Of a stretch of DNA of 64,000 bases, positions 12,974 to 23,734 are shown piece by piece. Position 1 is the stretch's first letter; the number at the start of each line of letters is the position of its first letter. A model generated the notes under the pieces. That model did not search any database. It was not told where the DNA came from and saw only the letters and a program-made list of their open reading frames with translations. The DNA is from Mobula hypostoma (lineage: Eukaryota): the NCBI RefSeq assembly GCF_963921235.1, contig NC_086108.1:496001-560000 (forward strand), given 5' to 3'. A program made the translations under genes and the position numbers.

Positions 12974-13204
12974 CTGTGTATGAGTGTGTGTGATTGTGTA
13001 TGTGTGTGTGCCTGCGTGTATGTGTGAGTGTGAGTGTGTGCGTGTGTGTATGTATCTGTGTGCATGTATGTGTATGTGTGAGTGTGAGTGTGTGCGTGTG
13101 TGTGTGTGTGTGTGTCTGTGTGGTGTGTGTGTGCCTGCGTGTATGTGCGAGTGTGAGTGTGTGCATGTGTGTGTGTCTGTGTGGTGTGCGTGTGTGTCTG
13201 TGTG

Positions 13205-13242
<38 letters not shown>

Positions 13243-13361
13243 GTGTGTCTGTGTGCATATATGTGTATGTGTGAGTGTGTGTGTATGCATGTGGCTGTAT
13301 GTACATGTGTCTGTGTGTATGTGTGTGTATACGTAAGTGTGTGTGAGTACGTGTCTGTGTG

Positions 13362-13418
<57 letters not shown>
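12974..13418 (+). repeat. Complex (TG)n microsatellite, running into a V-SINE body at 13419
   Basis: About 445 bp of interrupted TG repeats, continuing into ggagtttgcacgttctc, which is SINE sequence. Confidence 0.95.
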
Positions 13419-13420
<2 letters not shown>

Positions 13421-14246
13421 AGTTTGCACGTTCTCTCTATAAACACAGGGGTTTACCCCTGCTGCTCTGGTTTCCTCACTCAACCCATAGATGGCCAGTG
13501 GGTTAATCTGGCACTCTGTGTTAAATTGCCCTAAGTGGGTGTGTCTGGTCAAGTGGTGGAATCTGGGAAGAGCTGACGAAAATTTAAATGGGATAGTTCA
13601 TTAGTTGTGTGCCACATTGTGGTCTTTCCATGACCATGATTATTCTTGGCAAAGTTTTCTACGGAAGTGGTTTACCATTGCCTTTGCCTGGGCAGTGTGT
13701 TTACAAGATGCATGAACACCCAGCCATTATCATTACTCTTCACAGATTCTTTCCTTGGCATGGGGTGGCACAGTAATGCAATGGTCAGCACAGCACTTTA
13801 CAGGACAGTTGAGTCAGGTTCAGTTCCCACTGTTGTCTGTAAGGAGTTTGAGCATTCTTCAGTAAGGACATAGTGAACATTCTCCCTGACACCACATGGG
13901 TTTCCTCTGGGTGCTCTGGATCCTTCCCATAGTCCAAATACTGTGGTAGGTTAAGTGGTCATTGTAAATTGTCCTGTGATTAGGCTGAGGTTAAATTGGG
14001 AGGATTGTTGGGCTTATTGTCAATAATTAAATAAATAACCAGGACTTTACACCTTACACCTCCCTTGGAGGAGACGTAGCTCCACCCAACCATCCAAAAT
14101 GGGATTCATGTAGTTAAATGAATGGTTGATGGCTAGCATGGACTGTGGGCCAAAGGGCCTGTTGTTATTTTTCTTTCTAACTATGAAAGAGAGCTCAGCT
14201 CACACTGTCCCTCATCTTTCAAGTTCTCTTTTCTCACTTCAACACA

Positions 14247-14490
14247 AGAGGTTCTGCAAATGCTGGAAATTTGGAGCAACATGCCCAAAATACAGGAGGA
14301 ACTTGAAAGACCAGGCAACATCTATGGCGGGGAATAAATAAGCAATGTTTCGGGCCGAGACCCTTTATCTAGAAGGTTTTGATCTGATCTGATGAAGGGT
14401 CTTGGCCTGAAACTCTACATTTCCCTCCATAGATGTTGCCTGACCTGCTGAATTCCTCTAGCATTTTGTGTGTGTGTGTGTGTGTTGCCC
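14247..14490. mobile_element. Inverted pair of Penelope-like terminal fragments, each with a degenerate hammerhead motif
   Basis: Minus copy gtttcgggccgagacccttta (14347-14367) and plus copy ctgatgaagggtcttggcctgaaac (14389-14413), each attached to the conserved atagatgctgcctgacctgctga tail. Confidence 0.7.
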
Positions 14491-15339
14491 TTTCCAATCT
14501 ATGGAGAATTAAAAATTAGGGGCATTTAAGAAACTCTTCGATAGGCATATGGATGTTATAAAATGGAGAGAAGAATTAGAATGATTTTAGAATAGTTAAA
14601 AAAGTTGGCACGACATTGTTGATCGAAGGGTCTGTACTATGCTGTTATAAGACCATAAGATATAGGAACAGAATTGGCCATTTGGCCCAGTGAGTCTGCT
14701 CTGCATTTCAGCATGGCTGATCCATTTTCCTCTCAGCCCCAATCTTCTCCCTTCTCCCTGTATCCCTTCATGCCCTGATTAATCACGAATCTATCAATCT
14801 CTGCCTTAAGTATAGATTAAGACTTGGCCTCCACAGCTGCCTGTGACAATGAATCCCACAGATTCACCACCCTCTGGCTAAAGAAATTCCTCCTCATCTC
14901 TGTTCTAAATAGATGCCCCTCTTTCTGAGGCTGTGTCCTCAGGCCTTAGACTCCCCCACTATAGGAAACATATCCACTCTATCGAGGCCTTTCAACATTT
15001 GATAGGTTTCAATGAGATCCCCCAGTCGCTCCTTATGTGATAAGACTTTCAACACCAAAATCATTTTAGTTTTACATTATGTTCTATATTCTATGCTTTT
15101 TAAATGCTGCAATCAAACCCGCAACCATCACTTCTGCTGGCAGCTCATTCAACACTGTACATCCTTCAATAATTATGATCCTGGTCACTGTCTGTGAGAG
15201 CTTGCTGTGCAAAATTGGTTGCTATATTTCCTACTTTACAATAGCCACTATAATTGACCGGCCATGAAGAGGTCAGGTGTGTCCTCAGGGGTGTTATAGA
15301 AGTGCAAGTCTGTCTTTTTTCTCCAAGTCTGATTGTCTG

Positions 15340-15977
15340 GATGGGAAGGAGAGGGAATGAGGGGGTGGGAAAAGGTGGTGAAGGAGTTTCTAAGGAAAAG
15401 GGAGGGGGGAGGGGTTGGGGATGGGATGGGAAAGAGGGGAGGGATGAGGAAGAAGGGTGGGGGATGAGTAGGATTGCAAGGGAGATGGAGAAGGGAGGGA
15501 GGGAGATGGGTTGTAGTGAGATGGAGATGGGGAGGAGTTGGGAATGGGAAGGGGTGGAGATGAGGGGTGGGAAAGGGTGGGGGAAGAATGGGATGGCAGG
15601 GGAGAGGGGTGAAGGAGGGAGATGGGGAAAGGTTGGAGGTGGGATGGGGTGGAGATGAAGAATGGGGAAGAGTGGGGAATGAGTGGGATGGAGAGGAAGA
15701 GGGTGATGGACCACTGAGATATAGAAATGTGGAGGATGTAGAGAAGGGGAGGGGATAGAGATTTGGAATGGGGTGTATGGAGATGAGGGGCATTAGAGCT
15801 GGAGACAGATACGGGAAGGGCTTTGGGTTAGGGTTATGGAGATGGAAATGGAGAGGTGTTAGAGATGGAGACGGAGCAGTGTAAAGATGTGGAGATGAAA
15901 ATGGGGAGGTGATAGAGATGGAGACAGAGATGGGGAGCAGTGTAGAGATATGGAGATGGAGATGGAGGGGGGAGGGT
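15340..15977 (+). repeat. Purine-rich, G-run-rich low-complexity tract (GGAGAT/GGGA)
   Basis: About 640 bp with very few C on the + strand, many GGG/GGGG runs and repeated gagatgga units. Confidence 0.85.
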
Positions 15978-15989
15978 GACTATCTCGCT

Positions 15990-17340
15990 GAAACCCTAAT
16001 ACCTGGTTTTGGGGTCAGGATTGGTGGGGTTCTCCCAAAGTCGGCCCCCTCCGAAACTTCGGTTCACTTCGAGTGAAGCCTGCTGGGAAACGACGTCTTT
16101 CGTTGTGTGAGTGTGTGTGTGTTTATATTCAGGAATGATTCCCCCCACCACCCTCCCCACCATCCCGAGATATGGATCGTTACACATGACATCAACGGCT
16201 GGTCAGAATAAATCAGGAACTTAAGGGACGTCCTGTCAACAGACGCGCGCGAGAGAAGGAGAGAGAGACAGACACACACACACACACAGAGTGAGAGAGA
16301 GAATATCGGGAACAAAGTTAGCAAGACAACAGAGGAGTATGAAAAAGTTAAAACATGTTAAAAAGTTGACTCTGCCCTCCCAGTTAATGCGGTTGAAATG
16401 AGTTCACGAGTCGGAAAGAGACGCTGGAATTGCCAGTAGACCTAAGGAGGGTTGAACCATGGAATCTCAATACCCGCTGAACTTGGTGAGTGTATTTAAA
16501 GAAGGTTTTAATTGTTTTAATCATGCCTGTCGTTTGAAGTCAGGGCGTTGGTTGGGGATGGGTCATTTGCTTGTTCTAGATCAGAACCAACTAACTGCGA
16601 GTTGTGAGGTTGCCCCGGTGTCCGAAACCTCTGCCGGGTGGAATCGAGACCCCGTCCGGGAGGCTGCCGGACAGATAGCGTGACAGTCACTTCTCTCGGT
16701 GGGATTTGGTACCGCGGGGTGATACTGTCTTAAACCACTACCACCAACAACAACTAAAGAATGATCGAGGCTCCCTTTCCACGACTTTGCGGAAACTTAC
16801 CATGCGCTGTTTAGCGGCAGTGACCGCACTTCGAAGGAAATGTCCCACCTGCTGTCCAAGGCGTAGAGACGTCCCGTTTAGTGAGTTTGGGGAAAGGGAT
16901 TACTCTGAGGTTACTGGGCCCCCTCTTTCGGTGGGCAGGGAGGATCCCGAGGGCACAGGCGCTCCCGGGATCGAACAGTTATTTACCCCACTCCTCCACA
17001 AACACCCACCCATTCATAACTCCGTGCGAGCCGCGTCAGCGTGACTGTTCATGGGATCTTGCAGTGTACATATTGACAATGGAGCCCTGGCTATGGACAG
17101 TGACTGGAGAGGGCAACCAAGAGCACAACGCTTCACAGTAGTACAGTACAGCCGACCCTGGTTTAATTCCCGCAGCAGTGCATGGGTGTCTTCCCGTCCT
17201 CCCATACCCGTTGGTATGCTACTTAAATCTCTAGCGTGGCCGGGACACCACCTTTAGAAGATGATCGTGATGGTGGGGAGGGCTGACAGTCCTTGACGGA
17301 GCTGGCTGAGCTGCAGTCCCGTGGCTGGACCGTCCCTATC
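15990..17340 (+). promoter_or_regulatory. CpG-enriched non-repetitive region, candidate promoter and non-coding first exon of BMP16 (donor GTGAGT at 16486)
   Basis: Visibly more CpG than the flanks (e.g. gacgcgcgcgag, ccgtccggga, gcgagccgcgtc). GA/CA microsatellite at ~16250-16300. Consensus donor TTG|GTGAGT at 16486. The coding exon at 33795 starts with an acceptor, so an upstream exon is needed. The link is inference only. Confidence 0.45.
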
Positions 17341-17547
17341 ACACGGAGATGCAGTCAGTCCACCATACTTCTTGGAAATCCGCTAGAGACTTTGGTGATA
17401 TACCGAATCTCTTCAAACTCCTAACGAAGTGGAAGCAGCAGGCATACCTTCTTTGTGACGGCATCAATATGTTGAGTTAATCAATTCCTTCTCAAATTCA
17501 ACCACTCAGCAACTCTGGGGGTAATTAGTGGCTAATTAACACACTTT

Positions 17548-18115
17548 TGTTACTGCTATTTAAGAGCTTGGTCAGACCTCACTTGGAGTACTGTGTTCAC
17601 TTCTAGTCACCTCACTACAGCAAGGATGTGGATACTATAGAGAGACTGCAGAGGAGATTTACAAGGATGTTCCCTGGATTGGAGGGCGTACCTTATGAGA
17701 ATAGGTTGAGTGAACTTGGCCTTTTCTCCTTGGAGCTGCGGAGGATGAGAGGTGACCTGATAGAGGTGTACAAGATGATCAGAGGCATTGATCATGTAGA
17801 CAGCCAAAGGCTTTTTCCCAGGACTGAAATGGCTAACATGAGGGGGCATAGTTTTAAGGTGCTTGGAAATAGGTACCAAGGGATGTCGTGGCTAAGTTTT
17901 TCACACAGAGTGTGGTGGGTGTGTGGAATGCACTGCCGGCGGCTGTGGTGGAAGCGGATACCATGGTGTCTTTTAAGAGCCTCTTAGGTAGATACACAGA
18001 GCCTGGAAAAACAGAGGACTATGCGTTAGGCAGCCTCTACAGTAGGTTACATGGTTGGCTCCATTGTGGGCCGAAGGGCCTGTAATGTGCTGTAAATTTC
18101 TATGTTCTATGTTCT
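17548..18115 (+). mobile_element. CR1 LINE 3' fragment
   Basis: LVRPHLEYC..QRRFTRM..RGDLIEVYKM..; ttctatgttctatg tail. Confidence 0.88.
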
Positions 18116-20986
18116 TTTCTCATCACACTCTTCTCTCTCCGATCCCTCTACCCTACAAGCCAGAGAGGAAAATCCTACAGGGCAACTTCCAGTGTTTAAC
18201 ATACTGTACTTCCCTGAATAATTGGAAGAAGACCATTCAAAGTTCACAGTACGTTTATTACCAAAGTACATATACTTTAGAAAACCTTGAGATTTGCCTC
18301 CTTACAGACAGCCATAAAACAAAGAAACCCAAAAGGACCCACTAAAATGAAGACCGTCAAATACCCAGTCTGTACAGAAAAGAAAAGCAAAAGCAAACAG
18401 CATTCAGAACTGAGGTGAATCCACAGCCAGGCTGATTCAAAAGTTAATTGCAGGCTCAGGTTCCTCAGGTCAGCACAGAAACAGGTAAACCACAGAGCAG
18501 AGATCTGAATTGGCATGTCACTCTCACCTGGCCCCGACATTCCTGACCTTCTAAACCTGGCCCAGTGTTTAAATTGTCCAAAGCTTGGGTTACTCCCTCC
18601 TCTCAGACCCGGGCCCTGCTGTTCCGATACGGCTGAGACCCCACCTCAGTTTGGCTTTCCAATTTGGCCCAGTGTTTAAATTGATCAAACCTTGAATCTT
18701 TTCTCAGGCGCGGGCTCCACCTCAAGTCTGCCTCGCCCTGCCTTGGTTCTGCTGCGTCAAATTGCCTCCAAGTCCGCTCCAGCAATAGCTATACATTGGC
18801 TCAATACCCGCTCTCTGGCTGGACCCCACTGCCTCAATTCGGCCCACCATGCCACAACTGCCCTGCACCTTCAAGACTTCAACTCACACTGCAATAATGT
18901 TAGGCTGTACAGGCACTTCAAATGCTCAGCTCTGATGAGGAAGTAGCAGCCTATTGTTTGCAGTGATCATTTGTTAGAAAAATGTGATTAATAAAGTATT
19001 TAGTTGTTCTCTTCTTTTTTGCCACCAGGCTCACCACCACCATCTTAAACCAAAGGCTTCAATTCTGATTTCTTCCACAAACCCACACAAACCTGGTGTG
19101 TGGGGAAGTGGAGGGAAGAGTCAGGTTGGGGGATAGATCTGAGGGGCTGGCAGAGAGAGGGGTGCAGATGTTAGGATTTAGCGATAAAGTTGGGAGATAG
19201 AGTTGAGGACCTAATGGAGAAAGGGGGACCTGGCAGTAATAGAGCTCAGGCTGAGGGGGGGATGTGGGCCAGGGTTTGTGGGGGTGCATAGGCCAGGATT
19301 TTGGTGGGGGGGCTTCAATACAGATTGGATCTATAGAGAATAGGGCAGTTCACTGTTAAATTAATCCAGATTCCCCACACACTCAGATACAAAAGGGATC
19401 ACTGAAAACTACAGAAAGTAGGGAAGTTATATCTCGGTTGAACTCGTGCATAGCCCTCTCTATCCCCTATTACAGGTCCCCCTCCCCCAAGGGAGACAAC
19501 TGAAGGGGCACTCCACCCCATCCTGCAGGTAGATGTACAGAAATATGTAGTTCTGGAACAACCGCTCACTAAGCAGCCCAGGCGAAAACGTTCTCCACCA
19601 GGGTTCCCCTCCCACTCTCAGCCTGCCCACTAACTCTGTGCTAGCCCTCGGGGTAATCCTAACCCACACTAATTTTCCTTGTATCTGTTTTCTCCACAGT
19701 CCTATCAACTCCCTTACCTCCTAATTTTTATACCCCTAACATACACACCAGGGACAAATTGCAGAGGCCAATTAACCCAATGATCTACGTGCCTTTGGGA
19801 TTTTGGGGGGTAATGGGAGCAAGCACATGGTTGTTGGGTGAAAAAAATCACATGGTCACAGCACATGGTAACTCCACATGGACATCACTGGAGGTCAGGA
19901 AGGAAGCAGAATATTGGGAAGAACAGGCAGTAACCCTACTAATGACATTACCACGGTTGAGAACGTGAATAACCCTGTCTGAAGTACACACAGAAAATGG
20001 ATGCCTTCCAAGATGTGAAATTATCTCCAAGGACAGACAGAGAATTTCAATACTTGGAATTTGTTCGTTATTGTCACATGTACTGAAATACAGTGAAAAT
20101 CTTGGCTTACCTACTGTTCATACAGATCAGATCATTACACTGTGCATTGAGGTAGTACAGGGAATAAAGTAACAAGAGGTCCATTTGAGGGTCTGATGAC
20201 AGTGGACTCCGTGGGAAACTCTTTTATTCCCAATGGACAGGATTCCCAATTTAAAGATTGTGGGAGAGTTAGCCATGAGGCCTGGAGTGGGACTGGGAAC
20301 TCACACTCAAGATGAAGAGATCGCCGTCTGGGAGCTCTAAGCATTATCATTATTGAGTAGACCTTCCTCTCGCCAGAAGTCTTATGGTGAAGAGGATCTG
20401 GTAAATTAAATCAGTAAATCAGTTTATGAATGTTTCATGAAGGTAGAATGAAATACTTAGTGTTGTATGCATCAGTACAGGTCACTTTATTACACAGTAT
20501 ATCAAGGTAGAACAAGGGAAAACAGTAACAGAATGCAGAATAGTGTGTTACAGTAACCAGAGAGAGGGCCGTGCAGACGGACAATCAGCTGCAAGGCCAC
20601 AGTGAGGTAGATTGTGACATTGAGTCCATCTTATCACAAGACCATAGGACAGAAGCAGAATTAGGCCATTTGGCCCTCCATTCCAGGGGACTGTTCAGCA
20701 GTCTCATAACACACGGGGTAGAAGCTGTCGAGTCCTAATGAAAGGTCTCGACCCAAAACGTCGACTGTTCATTCTCATCCATAGAGGCTACCTGATTTGC
20801 TGAACTCCCCTGGCACATTGTGTCATTGAGCCTGGCTGGATATATTTCAGGCTTTTGTATCTTCTGCCCAGCGGGAGAGGAGAGGAGAGGGAATGACCAG
20901 GGGAGGTGGGGACATTGCCTGAGCTGTGTCCACAACTCCCTGTGGGTTCTTGTGGTCATAGGCAAAGCACTTCTTTACACCTGGTA

Positions 20987-21512
20987 ACACACATCAAAGT
21001 TGCTGGTGAACGCAGCAGGCCAGGCAGCATCTCTAGGAAGAGGAACAGTCGACGTTTCAGGCCGAGACCCTTCGTCAGGACTAACTGAAAGAAGAGCTAG
21101 TAAGAGATTTGAAAGTGGGAGGGGGAGGGGGAGATCTGAAATGATGGGAGAAGACAGGAGGGGGAGGGATGGAGCCAAGAGCTGGACAGGTGATTGGCAA
21201 AAAGGATATGAGATGAACATGGGACAGGAGGCCTAGGGACAAGGAAAAGAGGGAGGGGGGAAAAGCCCAGAGGATGGGCAAGGAGTATAGTCAGAGGGAC
21301 AGAGGGAGAAAAAGGAGAGAGAGAGAGAGAAAGAATGTGTGTATATAAATAAATAACGGATGGGGTATGAAGAGGAGGTGGGGCATTAGCGGAAGTTAGA
21401 GAAGTCAATGTTCATGCCATCAGGTTGGAGGCTACCCAGATGGAATATAAGCTGTTGTTCCTCCAACCTGAGTGTGGCTTCATCTTTATAGTAGAGGAGG
21501 CCGTGGATAGAC
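20987..21512 (-). mobile_element. Penelope-like element 3' fragment (end of GIY-YIG endonuclease plus pseudo-LTR)
   Basis: Minus-strand peptide SIHGLLYYKDEATLRLEEQQLIFHLGSLQPDGMNIDFSNFR*, matching the GIY-YIG fragment at 49.5-49.9 kb. Flanked by the 14-bp direct repeat CTTTACACCTGGTA (20973-20986 and 21528-21541). Confidence 0.82.
21047..21082 (-). ncRNA. Minimal type-I hammerhead ribozyme motif with intact core
   Basis: Minus strand reads AGUC-CUGACGA-AGG(GUCUCGG)CCU-GAAAC-GUC/GACU: stem I AGUC:GACU, CUGANGA box, stem II, GAAA box, palindromic ACGU stem III and GUC cleavage triplet. Confidence 0.8.
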
Positions 21513-23734
21513 AAAGCATCAAGCACACTTTACACCTGGTAGCTAGTCCTGAAGAAGGGTCTTGGCCTGAAATGTTGACTGTCTATTTATTTCCATAGAT
21601 GCTGCCTGATCTGTAGCTATGAATTTCCAGCATCTACAGAATCTCTCGTGTTTAAGTTTTGTACTTATTTTACTAATATTGGGAATGTATAGTAGATGAA
21701 AGAAGCTGTGCCTCCCTGCCAGGACTGAATGAAGGGTGTTGATAGGAGTCCCCAACGTCTGCAAAGATCCTGTTGCCAGTAGGTTCTCCAGGCAAGAACA
21801 TTGGCAGTGACGTAACCCCTCCTGGCAATACACCCTGCCCTCATATCAGAGGGCAGTGAACCCACCATTTGCTCAACATTCCCATCAGAGAAACTCAGAG
21901 CAGGGAAGATCAAAACTGGACAGGGAGCAGGGAACAGTAGAGCACCAGAACAGGCCCTCCCACCCAGGCTGTCTGCACCATTCAATGACGAGTTAAACTA
22001 ACTCCCTTATACCTGTAGATGACCCATGTCTCCATCGCTTAGGATATGCCCCTTTCTTATTAATACCATCAGGAAGGAGAGTGAGGAGTCTGAAGGCACA
22101 CATTCAACATTTCAGACACAGCTTCTTCCCTTGCACCTTCTCTGAATGGACAACGAAACCACGAACATTCATAATTTTTGCTCTCCATTTGCACTTCTTA
22201 TTTAATGATATGATTACGTATACAGTACTATGCAAAAGTCTTAGGCGTGTATAGATAACTAGGGTACAGGGGCTATGTTTCAATGGGAGCTTACTGAAAG
22301 GATTGCATTCCTATTTGGAAAAAGAGGAAATTGAATGTGATGCCAGGAGTGTTAGTAGAGGGAAATACACTGGAAACATCATAGGTGAAAGAAATGGAGA
22401 ATTATGTGGGAGGGAGCAGTTAGATTGAATTTAGAGTAGGTTCAAAGGTCGGTACAATAGTGCATGCTGAAGGGCCTATACTCTACTGTACTGAGCAGTG
22501 CCTCAGGAAGGCAGCAACTATCATTAATGACCCCCATCATCCAGGACATGCCCTCTTCTCTTTTCTACCATCAGGTAGGAGATACAGAAGCCAGAAGGCA
22601 CACACTCAATGATTCAGGAACAGCTTCTTCCCCTCTGCTATCTGATCACCAAATGGATATTGAACCCATGAACACTACCTCACTACTTTTTAAATTTATT
22701 TCTGTTTTTGCTTTTTAACTTAGCTATTTAATTCGCACATATATACTTACTGTAATACAGTTTTATCTACATTTATCATTATTCCATAAGACATAGGGGC
22801 AGAATTAAACCATTCAGCTCATCGAGTCTGCTCCGCCATTCGATCATGGCCGATCCCGGATCCCACTCCACCCCACACACCTGCCTTCCCGCCATATCCT
22901 TTGATGTCCTGACCGATCAGGAAACAATCAACTTCTGCCCTAAGTAGACCCACAGACTTGGCCTCCACTGCAGAGCATTCCACAGATTTACTACTCACTG
23001 GCTAAAAAAATTCCTCCTTACCTCTGTTCTAAAGGGTCATCCCTCAATTTTGAGGCTGTGCCCCCTAGTTCTGGATACCCCCACCATAGGAAACATCCTC
23101 ACCACATCCACCCTATCTAGTCCTTTCAACATTCAACATCATATATTGTGTTGTACTGCTGCTGCAAAGTTAACACATTTCACGACAAATGCCGGTCATT
23201 TTAAACCTGATTCCGATTCTGTTTGTGTTCTATGTACCACTGGGGCAACACAGCAGAACAGCAAGAAATTCTGTTGTCTCATAATTCGGATGACTTAGGT
23301 TTGATGCCGACCTCAGATATTTCCGTGTGGAGTTCACACATCCTTCCTGTGACTGTGTGAGTTCTTCCCCGAAGTTCTTCAGTTGCCTCCCACAAGTCAA
23401 AGACGTGCGGTCCGTGGGTTAATTAGGTGTTGGGAGGGGGGGCACGGCCAGATAATCAGTGGGGAACCGTCGCACCTGAGTAGTGGAATCGTTCACAGAG
23501 AAACAAGTGGGTGGGTGAGCGGGATTGACGGGGAATGCCCTGAGAGTATGGATTCAATATGCTGAACAGTTGTCTTATGTGATGCAGAGAATATAAGCAA
23601 GGTGGGGAAAGAGCTGTCACTGTCACGATGGGCTGAATAGCTTTCTCTCTTTGTGTTATATTGCACAGTGCACCTATCTCTCAGTCCTGCCCACTCCACT
23701 AGGCAAGACAGTCAGAGTTCACCTGTACTGTACA

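Noticed and set aside
12799..13552. Long His/Thr- and Cys/Val-rich ORFs (up to 222 aa)
   Set aside because: They are translations of the (TG)n/(CA)n microsatellite.
15166..15793. Pro-rich and Gly/Glu-rich ORFs of 130-180 aa
   Set aside because: Artefact of the purine-rich low-complexity tract; no domain or splice support.
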